DNA of 64,000 nucleotides from Mobula hypostoma (Eukaryota). Shown in pieces: positions 52,001 to 63,101 of this stretch. Location: the NCBI RefSeq assembly GCF_963921235.1, contig NC_086108.1:62250001-62314000 (forward strand). The letters are read 5' to 3'. The position numbers and the translations under genes were made by a program. The number at the start of each line of letters is the position of its first letter. The first letter of the stretch is position 1. The notes beneath the pieces are model-generated. The model saw nothing but the letters and a program-made list of their open reading frames with translations. It made no database searches and was not told the origin of the DNA.

Positions 52001-53156
52001 TGTGACCTCACTGTAAATTGAATGGGCATCTTCTTGTTTTTTTTATATGCTGTACCACAGAAAGAAATATGATTGCTCATGAAACCCTGAACATTTATTC
52101 ATTAATTACATTTTTGTTATAACTATTTTAGAGATGTGAGAGAAAGATTGTCTCTCTTAAAGCTTTGAATCTATGATTTCTTGATTACTAATTTTCACAC
52201 TATTGCAAGAATAGATCAATCACATCCTGGCTCATTCCCCATGAGAACCTGCTGAAGCAGGCAAGGGTTGCTGGTTCACTATCACAATTTCAGAGAGGAA
52301 ATCCGTTTGTTGCAAAGTGGCACTTTGCTTTCTTCTCTTATGATGTTCGCCAGCATTTTCCAGAAGCAGCTTGGAGCAGATTCAAACCCACTTCCTTTTT
52401 AAGAAAAAGTAGCTCCAGATTAAAGATCATGCTTGTTAACAGCGTGTGCTCTTCATGCACTGTATACATATTCACTATTCGGTTCATGCATTTGTTTATT
52501 CCATTTTTGTTCTTGTAACCACTGGAGCGCTAGTTAATCATAGTTAATCTATTGCTACAACACCAAGGTGCTCTTTGTGAGCTTATTGTTTAATGGTGCT
52601 TGGAATCAGATACAGCATTTGTATCATTAAGGACTACAGTGGGTTTACAGCCTAAAATATTGCAAGTATACTGACACTTCACTACAAGTCTAGCTTTATT
52701 GAGCAAGTAACAATGTTTTTTTAAAGTATCGGTCTTGTTTGCTGCTCCTTGATTTCATTAGAGTACTAGTTTTATTCTATCTGGACTAATAATTGTTTTT
52801 ATGTTCTCAGCTTGCTGTTTTCCTGTATCATCAGATTCAATTGATATGATGGTTCTACTCAGATTCACAGAATGCTCGCAGTTCTGAGATATTTCTGACT
52901 TGACCTTACTATGCTCTGTTTAGGTTTGAAGCCTGGCCTGAAATCGAGTACAATTTTCACAACCGAAAAAATATAATCCTGATTTCAGGTTCCAATAGTT
53001 GAGTGGGCACAACCAACTTTCAGCTGTAATTTCCGAGAAATTAGCAGATATATCAGATTAAGTACTGCAATGTCTCTCAATGCATTGCTGCTAGCCTATT
53101 GTAGAGTGATAGAGAAGTCTGAGTTCTCCTCACACTAGATCTTCATTAATAAAGAT

Positions 53157-53579
53157 TTTTTACAGCCCGCTGTGCCACTGGCATTTAGAGCAGCAGTGAA
53201 GGTCCTCCATCTCTGGTGGTGCTCACAGCTTCCTTCCTCATGTCAGTAGCTTCCTCTCAGATTTCACTGCTGTCTGTCATGAATCTCCTGGGAGGGAACT
53301 TGGGATTCCCATCGCACTCAGCTGTAGAGGGATTCTTCATTGCTGTTTCCTTGATAATTTATCTTTTCCCCGGTCATGGTTGTTAGCCCTGAGCTGAACC
53401 TACGAACCTGGAGGACCGGTGGACCACTCTTAGTCTGGCCTCTACCCTTTGACCTGTTTGGCATGGGTGACCCGACCAAAAGCCCAAGCATAAAGCCCCA
53501 ACTCCAGCCAACGTAGATCTCCAGGTCATTGAGGCACGCAAACCTCCAAACCACAATAAGTTTGTGGTCCTCTTGGAGA
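53157..53579 (-). mobile_element. Non-autonomous RTE-derived element (5' UTR-like part joined to 3' end)
   Basis: RTE-type 5' motif GCGTGCCTCAATGACC...GGGTCACCCATGCCAAACAGGTC...GGGCTAACAACC; 3' part GATGGAGGACCTTCACTGCTGCTCTAAATGCCAGTGGCACAGCGGGC; 9-bp TSD AATAAAGAT at 53148-53156 and 53580-53588. Confidence 0.65.
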
Positions 53580-54624
53580 AATAAAGATATAAAGGATTAA
53601 ATAAAGGTGGAAATTTTTACTACGGTTACTGAAAATTCTGAAGAATGCCTGAAAACAAAATGGGGAAAGAAATGATAAGTATTCATCAGTGTTTTAAAAG
53701 GATCATTCTCACAAATCTAACCAATATTAATTGATTTGCTATGCAAACTTCTTGTTCTAGAATAATAGTAGTTGAACATTTTCTTGTTATCTATGAAAAC
53801 TTCAAAATTTTAAATCTAAAGGTATGCTTTTCAGGCAAGATGCCGTGCAATACTCTGTATTTTTAGAACATAATATACACAGTTAATATTTTGTATATTA
53901 AGTAAATTTATAAAGCAGGCTGGTCTTTATCTCCAGGTATATCAATAGCATGTAAACTGTTTCTTAAGATTACACTCTTGGTTAAAGAGGAAACTGTTTC
54001 AAATTTAGAAATCAAGGTGTAAAACTCAGTCTACATTTTCTGTTTGGTCATTTCAAGAAACATTATACCTTGCAAGCCCTGCTTCATTTAGAAGTAAGTC
54101 TTGCAATAACTTACAGTAAGTCTAATTCCTTCTCTGAAGAAAGTTGTTTTATGTTACATTTTACCCCTTCACTCAGCCTCATCAGCACTTTCAGTAAGTA
54201 CAATGTTCAATCCAAGGTAAAATGAAAGTCACAGGCTCATTCCCTTATTCCCTTGTTTTCATTGGATTAGCTGATATCTCCCAAAAAATGTCCCTATAGG
54301 CCTCAATTTGCAAGCACACACACAAAAATGGAAGTTAGTCTGTTTTTGACTCCTGATTATAATTCATTGAGTTTTGTGGGAACATGCATTAAGTGTGCAC
54401 AGTTGACTCCAATTGGTACTTCCTGTGTCCTGGGCTATAATATACTAAACTAACTAAAACAGTTCCCTTATTTTGTTACTCTTTGAATTCACTACTTTGT
54501 TTCCATACACAACAACACTGAAAAATTTAAAATTATTTGGGTGCAAACTAATTTTGAAATAGGAAAGTGCTGAATAAACATAAATTCTGAATTGTTTTTT
54601 CACTGTTGTCATAGCAGTAAAACA

Positions 54625-54895
54625 TAGAAAATAGGACCAGTATGAGTCCATTTGGCATCTTGAGGCCTCTCCAGCGTTTAATCTGATTATGGTTGCAAAT
54701 CCCTCTCCGTACCAAAATCTCCTGCTCTGACCCTATACCCCTTAACCTCTTTTGCAACTAGAAATTTATCTTCCTTCTTCGTAAGTGCTTCAGTGACAGC
54801 TTCTAAAGCCCTTTTTGGTAGTGAATTCAAAAGGTTTATTACCCTCCGAGTAAATAAATTTCTCCTTAACTCAGTCCTAAATCTTTTGCCATATA
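54625..54895 (-). mobile_element. CR1 3' fragment
   Basis: RFRTELRRNLFTRRVINLLNSLPKRALEA. Confidence 0.8.
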
Positions 54896-55259
54896 AAAGG
54901 AGGGATTGGATCAATTAGGTTTGTATTCACTATAGTTTAGCAGAATTGATGGATATCTAATTGAAATATTGACAGGCTAGGCAAAGCTGTGGCTCCTCAT
55001 TCTGGATGCCCCATCCAGGGAAAGCACAGAGCCCACATCTAGTATGTCTAGTACCATCAGAATTTTGGAAATTTGAATTAGATCTCAATTCGATCATCTA
55101 AATCCTTTTGAATTCAAACCTTGTTGATCAAATCTCTCCTTCAGCAGCAGTTCTGCCATTTGTAAATCAGCTTGATCTAATTTTTTTGTCTACCCTAGAA
55201 ATGTAGTCAGAAAGCTAAAAAACATAGTAGTTGCCGAATTCCGAAGTAAAGATTTTTTA

Positions 55260-55460
55260 AAAAAGTACCGGATATCCTGACTGGGTCAGGGAGCATCTAT
55301 AGAAAGAAAAATATAGTAGTTGTTTCAGGTAGGTGTCATTTCATTGGAACTGTTCAATAGTTCTGATGAACAAGTACCTAGCTGAAATCTTGACTCTGTT
55401 TCTTTAGAGATACTGCCTGACTTGCTCAGTATCATTAGAATTTTCTAATTTTAATCCAGA
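55260..55460. mobile_element. Old, diverged palindromic PLE-end element
   Basis: Imperfect inverted arms centred near 55355; the plus arm retains AGTT-CTGATGA...GAAATCTTGACT and a gatactgcctgacttgctcagt tail. Confidence 0.55.
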
Positions 55461-55863
55461 AATGTTTTTCTCTCTTGTAAATGTTTGTCTTGACTAATTC
55501 ATTTCTAATTAATTTAAACATTTTGTCAGTGTAAAATGGAGCCTTGTGTCTTAAACTTAAAGGGATGAGCCATCTGGTCTCAGAAATGCCAAAATTGCAA
55601 TGTTTCAAATTTTGAAAGGTATTGAAACATCAGCAGGTTTAAAAAAGTCTTTTGTGAATTGTGTTACATGCTTATCACTACTAATAATTATTCATGGTCA
55701 TGAAATACTAATTAATGATTTTCAATAGAATTTCAAATTTGGCTTTCTGATTATTGAAAGAAAACTATGTTACTTAACCATAAATGAGATAACCTCTCAG
55801 TAAATGTGTGCTTACACGAGTCCTTCATTTGTTCAATGGAGTCTTGCTAGAAGTTGAAATATA

Positions 55864-56418
55864 CACTGAGTGGCCACTTTATTAGGTGCACCTGTATGTC
55901 TGTACATTAATGCAAATATCTAATCAGTCAATCATGTGGCAGCAACTCAATACATAAAAGCGTGCAGACATGATCAAGGAGTTCAGTTGTTGTTCAGACC
56001 AAACATCAGAATGGGGAAGAAATGTGATCTAAGTGGGTTTGATGATGAAATGATTGTTGGTGCCAGACTGGGTGGTTTGACTACCTCAGAACTGCTGGTC
56101 TCTTGGGATTTTCATGCACAACAGTCTCAAGAGTTTACAGAGGATGTTGCAATATACAAAAAACAACATGCAGTGAGCAACGTTCAATCTGTGGGCAAAA
56201 ATTAATGAAAAGGAGGTCAGAGGAGAATGGCCGGACTGGTTCAAGCTGACAAGAAGGTGACGAAGTCAAATAACCATATGTTACAACAGTGGTAAGCAGA
56301 AGAGCATTGTTGAATGCACAACATGTCAAACCTTGAAGTGGATGGGCTACATCAATGGAGAACCATGAACATACACCCAGTGGCTGCTTTATTAGTACAT
56401 AACAAAGTTGCCACTGAA
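55864..56418 (+). mobile_element. Non-autonomous Tc1-like element, same family as 9328-9837
   Basis: TA|CACTGAGTGGCCACTTTATTAGG; MGKKCDLSGFDDEMIVGARLGG remnant; right TIR degenerate. Confidence 0.8.
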
Positions 56419-58154
56419 ACTACAAGATCTTAATTTGAATTACTTATCAATATAAGAATTATATATTATCAATATAAATTCCTGTAAATTATATCAATTA
56501 TCTTTTAGAGGCATAAAACTGTTCTTAACTACTTTACAGTTTATTAATATTTCTTTGCTGACACTTCACTGATAATTTTATCTGTACTGCAGTAAATGAA
56601 ATTCTAAATATAACACTATCATTATTATATCAGATTTGTAAATTTACAGTATGAGGGAGATATCTATTTTCCAAAACAGATATTTGTATTATTTTATTTC
56701 TAAATCCAAACTATTTTGCTAGACTTGGAAAATGTGGGACAGAGAGAAAACATGTCAGAAAATAATTTGGTTGTTTGAAAAGAAATAAATTTAATAGTGA
56801 CAAATGAGAGGACAAAAAATGATTCTCCATGGTTTTACACCTAAGTGTATGCTTCTGTATCACATGATGATTTACAACAAAATCATCAATCTCATTTGAG
56901 ATAGCAACCAGGGTGCTACATTTCTGCTTGCAAAGTTATATCTCTGCTTCTGTTTAATCAGGAATAACGTATTTAACTTACCTTGGGTTTACATGTTTCT
57001 TTTATACCATTTTAAGATTTTTCTAGGCTTTTCAGACAGGATAACTTTACACAGCATATTTGTGCAACTTCACCTCTGCCACTCTTGACCTCATAGACAG
57101 GGCTGATTGGAATTGCTTGTTCCTGATTTCTCCCTGGAAAGAACCACAAGGTTCTCTCTACTTGGCTCCTTTCCTACAAATTGTACCAGCAACTCAGAGG
57201 CTGTTACGTCTTGGCGCCCAAACGGCAGTTAGTTGCATTCTTGTGGTTATTTGGCAACTGGAGGTCAGTTCGACCTGTTCACATAAGCTGAAACAACTAT
57301 TTATAGCTAGGGGTAGAACGGGGTATGATTAGATAATATTTTGTTTTGTTTCTCTACCATTTGATACATATATATTGCGAAAATGATCTGAGAATTTGCA
57401 GTGTAACTGTTATAAAAGATTTGGTTACGTAAATTTAAAGTTTCAAATGGAGTATTATTTCTAGAGAAATATCAATAAACACAGGGTGATTTTGGTTGCT
57501 TGAGTTTTAATAACATAATATATGAGCTAAGATTACAGCCAAGATGTGGTCACTGATATTTATGAAAAGGTATTTATAAAAATGAGGTGGATGGAATCCT
57601 CTCTGAGGCAATATGATCTCCATTTTCTCAATTAAGGCACCTATATGGCAAGACACGGTCTAATCCCCATTCTGGGCTCCTTGTTTTCTCTTTCTGATAT
57701 ATTAAGTAGATGACAATATCAGAACTATCAAAAGGGTACAAGCTGAGATGTGTTTTGTAATCATAATCTGTATTCAATTCAATTCAACTCTGTGACTTAA
57801 TTATCTCAATTTCTTCTGCAGTTGCCTAGTTCTGACTTCACTTTAAATGGCTCTGATGCTTGTTTTTCTCTTTCTCTCTCTCTCTTCCCATATCTTTGCT
57901 TTGGATTGATCATCCATAGATCATCTCTTGACAGCTACAACAGGCATGTTGGGTCATTGTCCATATGTATGATGACAACTAACACAACAATTTTTCACAT
58001 TCCTCAATTCTATGCTTCTCAACTGACATCAACATTTCTTCCAAGTGTCTTTAAACTATGAGTTTTAGTCATTGTCATCAATGGAAATGAAATTAGGGTG
58101 ATTATAAAACTCTCAATCTGATATTGCCAGTTGTTAGGGGTTAAAATTGCTCTT

Positions 58155-58965
58155 TGAGAGGATAAAGTTCAAAGTAAATGTATTAATACATTTATCACCA
58201 TATACAACCCTGAGATTCATTCTCTTGTGGGCATACTCAGTAAATCCAAGAAACACAACAGAATCAATGAAGGACCGCACGCAACAAGATGGGCAAACAA
58301 CTAACGTGCAAAAGACAACAAACTGCAAATACAAAAGAACATGAGAGGAAGAGCCCTTGAAAGTGAGTTCATAGGTTGTGGCAACAGTTCAGCAATTGTA
58401 CATGTAAAGTTGAGTGAAGTTATCACCTCTGGTTCAAGAGCCTAATGGTTAGGGGTTAACAACTTTTCCTGAATCTGGTGGTGTGGGTCCTGATGCTCCT
58501 GTACCTTCTTCCTCGTGGTAGCAGTGACGGTCCTCGATGATGGATGCTGCTTTCCTGTGACAGTGCTCCCTGTAGATGGGCTCAATGATGGGGAGGGCTT
58601 TACCTGTGGTAAATTGGCCCATATCTACTGCTTATTATAGGAATTTCTGTTCAAGGGAACTGATGTTTCCTTACCAGGCTATGATACAACCCGTCAATAT
58701 AATCTCTACCACACATCTATAGAAGTTTGCAAACAACAGGAATTCTGCAGATGCTGGAAATTCAAGCAACACACATCAAAGTTGCTGGTGAACGCAGCAG
58801 GCCAGGCAGCATCTCTAGGAAGAGGTACAGTCGACATTTCAGGCTGAGACCTGAAGGCCTGAAACGTCGACTGTACCTCTTCCTAGAGATGCTGCCTGGC
58901 CTGCTGCGTTCACCAGCAACTTTGTTGTGTGTTGCTCTATAGAAGTTTGACAAGGTTTTAGATTT
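58155..58965 (-). mobile_element. Rex1/Babar 3' fragment, host of the PLE insertion at 58730-58935
   Basis: Reverse-complement similarity to about 1110-2005. Confidence 0.8.
58730..58935. mobile_element. Short (about 206 bp) palindromic PLE-end insertion nested in a Rex1/Babar fragment
   Basis: Inverted arms meet near 58853. 14-bp TSD TCTATAGAAGTTTG at 58716-58729 and 58936-58949. The host LINE sequence reads continuously across the site. Confidence 0.87.
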
Positions 58966-59384
58966 TGCAGTTAGTGATGTTTGAGATGCTTCAAAAAGGA
59001 AGAAGATTCCTTTTTGATTTCACCATATCTGTAACTGCGATAGATGCTATAGTCATTTCTGCACTAAATTTCCTACATAGCTACTAAGTGTGTATTCAAA
59101 TTTATTATCTCCAGATATTCTTATCAATAAACTTTGCATATCACATGATCCACCTTTATGCCCAATAGGTTATGCAAGACCAGGGATTGCATGCTCCATG
59201 TGTTTGCCATGAGACCATATTACGCACATCCACACACATTTCCCTACCTCTTTCTCAGCACAACGGATTAGATAAGTACTTTTACTTATGCTAATTCAAG
59301 ATAGATATTGTATGAATAAACATTTTTATTTAAACCTGGTCAACTACTGAATGAACAATATGCAGTTTAACAGACAGAGGCACT

Positions 59385-59665
59385 TATTCCACCGAGATAC
59401 AACACTTGGCGGCACGGGAGGTTGTTCCTGCCTGTGGCCATCGAACGTGCAGCTCCTCCCGTGGAGGGTCAGACACCCCGAGCCAAAAGACTGGTCCTGG
59501 ACTTATTTTCCATCTGGCGTAGTTTGCATTTTGCTGTTTGATTGTTGGTGGTTTTTGTATTGCTACATTTATTGCTCTATTCTTGGTTGGTGCGGCCGGA
59601 ACGAAACCAAATTTCCCTTGGGATTAATAAAGTATATCTATCTATGTATGTATCTATCTATCTGT
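59385..59665 (+). mobile_element. Rex-type LINE extreme 3' end with (TCTA)n tail
   Basis: Similar to the reverse complement of about 63065-63340; aataaagtatatctatctat tail. Confidence 0.7.
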
Positions 59666-59928
59666 TTCTATACAACATAGAGACGGATCATTTAGTCTAC
59701 TGACTCTATGCCAGCTCTTTGAGCTATCCCATCAAACATCACTTGTTTGGCTTTAAGATATTTGCACAGTTCCCACTAACTGCCCCACCCACTGAAATCT
59801 CAAATCTCCACTGAGGGGAAATTACAGTATCCAATTTTCATATTCTGAATATGGTCTTACAGCTGTTATAGATTCAATGTCGTCCTACATCCTGTCCCAT
59901 TCCCCCACATTTCTCTGTAACCTAATAT

Positions 59929-61044
59929 TGTCATGGTCCGGTCCGTGAAGTCCGTATTCAGGTTCACGGTCCAATCCATCGACCCTTGCACCAGGTTTTC
60001 CTGTCTACCCTGTTTCTGTTCTTGTTGAGCTCTAATTGAGTCAGCTGATGCTTGTTGGGGGCTGGCTGCATAAATACCTTCAGAGACCAGGGTGTGGCTG
60101 CTGGATTGTTCTCATCCTTACTCCTTGTATCCCTTCCTCTGCCTTCTGTTTCCTCGCCTGAAGCCCTGCCTTGTCTTGCCGGTAAATCTCGCCTCACCTG
60201 AAGTTCTCATCTCGCCTTGCATTGCCTGAAGCCTTGCCTGGTCTTGCTGGTAACTCTCACCTCGTCTCGCCTGCAGTCTTATCCTGGAGCCACCCCATAC
60301 CTAGCTCCCTTCTTGTCCCTTGCCTCCACCAGGTAAGTCTGGCCGTCTTGCCATTACCCTGCGGTTAATTCTGTCCCTTCCTGTCCCTAGCCTCCGTTGG
60401 GTAAGCCAGGCTGTATTGCCGTTACCTACAGTTGGTTCTGTCCCTTCCTGTCCCTTGCCTCCATCGGGTAAGCCAGGCCGTCTTGCCGTTACCTGCGGTT
60501 GGTTCTGTCCCTTGCCTCCGTCGGGTGGAGAACCGCATCCTACACAGGGGAACCGCGTCCTGCCCAGGAGGAGCCTCCAGCCTCCTGCCTAGCCTCAGGC
60601 CTGAAGACTCTAGCCTCCTGCCTAGCCTCAGGCCTGAAGACTCCAGCCTCCTGCCTAGCCTCAAGCCTGAAGACTCCTGCCTCCTGCCAAGCCTCGCCTC
60701 AAGTCTCTGGCTTCTAGCCTCAAGCCTGAAGACTCCAGCCTCCTGCCAAGCTTCGCCTCTAGCCTCAAGCCCGAAGACTCCAGCCTTGTCCTGCCTGCCT
60801 GCCAAGCCTCGTCCTTGCCTAGTTCTGGGGTCCGAGCCAGAGGCAAGATCCAGGTACTGGGTTCTTGTCCAGTCTCTGGCTCGGAGTCCAAGCCCGGGCT
60901 CCTAGCTGTCTTGTCCAGTCCTGTTCCAGATTCCCGGTTTTTGTGTCCATGTCTTTGCTCGCAGCCTGTATCCTAGTCCTGTCCCTAGTCCTTCAGTGTC
61001 TGTGTCTTGCACTTGGGTCCGTTCCCAGCCACCACTTTATGACA
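59929..61044 (+). mobile_element. Solo LTR (probably Ty3/Gypsy), 1116 bp
   Basis: Ends TGTCAT...ATGACA (6-bp terminal inverted repeat); exact 5-bp TSD AATAT at 59924-59928 and 61045-61049; TATA-like CATAAATA near 60070; no internal coding region. Confidence 0.82.
60575..60785. repeat. 33-bp minisatellite inside the LTR
   Basis: Unit CTCCAGCCTCCTGCCTAGCCTCAGGCCTGAAGA, three near-exact copies followed by degenerate ones; produces the 11-aa repeats seen in the ORF track. Confidence 0.85.
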
Positions 61045-61049
61045 AATAT

Positions 61050-62010
61050 CTCCAATTCACTTGACCTTTAATCCATCTGAGCCCCATCTTGTCTTCATCC
61101 TGTCCCGTAATTCTCCCAACCTGTCCTCTACCCCTATCACCTTCTCCTTCAACCCCTCCTCTAACCCATCTGAACTTTCGATTCTCACTGCCCAAACCCA
61201 TGGCTTCTTATTCTTTGATCCCTTTACTCTGAATCTTCTGATTGCCTGGATGGGTGCCCATCCATTCCTTAGGCTCTCCCCTTCTGGTTCCCTGTTCTCC
61301 ATTCTTCTGCCCTTATGATCCCCTGTCTCTACTCCCCCATCATTTTGATTGCCTGTTCCCACCCCGCCATACCCCATCCTCTATCTCCTCTCTAATTTTC
61401 CAATTCCTTGCTCTTTAACTCTAACAAGACCATGTCTTTTATTCAAATACCTTCTATTCTACTGATCTCATGTCCTCTATTCATCTGACACCCCTATCTG
61501 CTAGTCCTTCCAAATCCTTCTCTCAGCCCTCTGATCTCTTGACCTTACATTCATCAATGCCTGGTACTCTGACCCCTCCAATCCCCTGCACTCTATTCTT
61601 CTGATTCTCTGTAGATACCTTTCTGATTCTACCTCTTCATCTTCCAAATCCCTCCCCTCCAACCTTGATCCCCTGTAATCTATCCCTTTGATCCCTGTCC
61701 TTAACTCCTACAGTTTACACTTCAATCCATCTGATCCTTGCCTTTGAACCAATTCAATCCACTGATCTCTCCCATCCCCTGTACCACTACCGCTCCAGCC
61801 CACTCCAACTACCCCTGATACTTCCCAATCCTCTGTCATCTAACCCTTCTCATCAGCTGCTCTGCTCCTTAACTCCTGGAATCTCTTCTCTTCTGAACCC
61901 CCGATCCTGTGTCTTCTAATACCTCTGATTCTCTGTCCTCTGCTAGTCCCTTGCTCTCTGTCCCCTTAGACCTCCTCTTCTGTTTCCACTGATCCTCTGT
62001 GTTCTTAGCC
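61050..62010. repeat. Pyrimidine-rich low-complexity tract of about 1 kb
   Basis: Plus strand strongly C/T-rich and G-poor, with recurring ccct/ctgat/atcc motifs. Confidence 0.7.
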
Positions 62011-62699
62011 CCTGTTCCACAAACAAGCCAAAAGCTGCTGGAAACAGCTGGCAACAGTTGCCGTTGAAGACCCAGAAGCAAGCTTGTGGCTTCCAGCTGG
62101 ATCTAGCCAAAGCTGAGGTTGCAGGGGCGTGGGGGAGAGAGGTGGGCCTGAGAGCTGGAGATCTTTGTGCTATCTAGGCATGTGCGCACTCACAGTGTAC
62201 AGTTAGTGGCTGACTCCGAATTTAGGATGTCAGCTGACTTGTTTTTTTATGGAGAGAGTCTCTCTCATGAACTGGAAATTCTTACGGGGGCATTTCCTAC
62301 TTGAAGGCCTGGAAAGCATGGCTGTATCACTGTGGCTGAGGCTTGTGCAAGCCCGCTGTTTTCTGACCAAGTCTGTCTCCAGGCTGCCTATATAATTAGA
62401 TAAGATTTTCTGGTGAACTGTTACTCACAGAGGCATCGAGCTAATTAGAATCCTGTGCATTTCTCAAGGGCTGCGAAACAGCTGTCATTAAAAGTCATCG
62501 CCCCAGGCTGTGGCCTGCGCTTTGAAATGTGACCAGGTGGCTTCTCGTAATCTGGCTGGCCGTATGCCACGGCGGGTGAATCAGATAAAATGATACCTTA
62601 AGCAGCAAGATGTCCGAAAATAGTTCTGAGGATAAAATGTGGACACAAGTATTTGGCAATGCCAATAATGGCCCCCGGATTGATTCAGCAGTTACTATT

Positions 62700-63064
62700 T
62701 CATGTCATCAACATATACAGCCCTGAGATTCACTTTATTGTGGGCATATACAGTAAATCCAAGAATCACAATAGAATCAATGAAAGACTACCCCCAACAG
62801 AACAGACGAACAACCAATGTGGAAAATACAAAAGAAAAAAAAATCGGCAATAAGTATTGAGTACATGAGTTGAAGTGTCTTTGAAAGTGGATCTGTAGGT
62901 TGTGGGAACAGTTCAGTGATGGGGTGAGTAATGCTGAGTAAAGTTATCCCCTCTGTTTCAAGAGGCTGATGGTTGAGGGGTAATAACTGTTCCTGAATCT
63001 GGTGGTATGGGTCCTGAGGCTCCTGTACCTTCCTGATGGCAGCAGCGAGAAGAGAGTATGGTCT
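62700..63064 (-). mobile_element. Rex1/Babar 3' fragment
   Basis: HTLFSLLPSGR-like coding and the shared 3' UTR. Confidence 0.75.
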
Positions 63065-63067
63065 AAG

Positions 63068-63101
<34 letters not shown>

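Noticed and set aside
60575..60785. CRISPR-like regular repeats
   Set aside because: Head-to-tail minisatellite with no unique spacers, in eukaryotic DNA with no cas genes.
60422..60905. 127-157 aa repetitive ORFs
   Set aside because: They result from a 33-bp tandem repeat inside a solo LTR.
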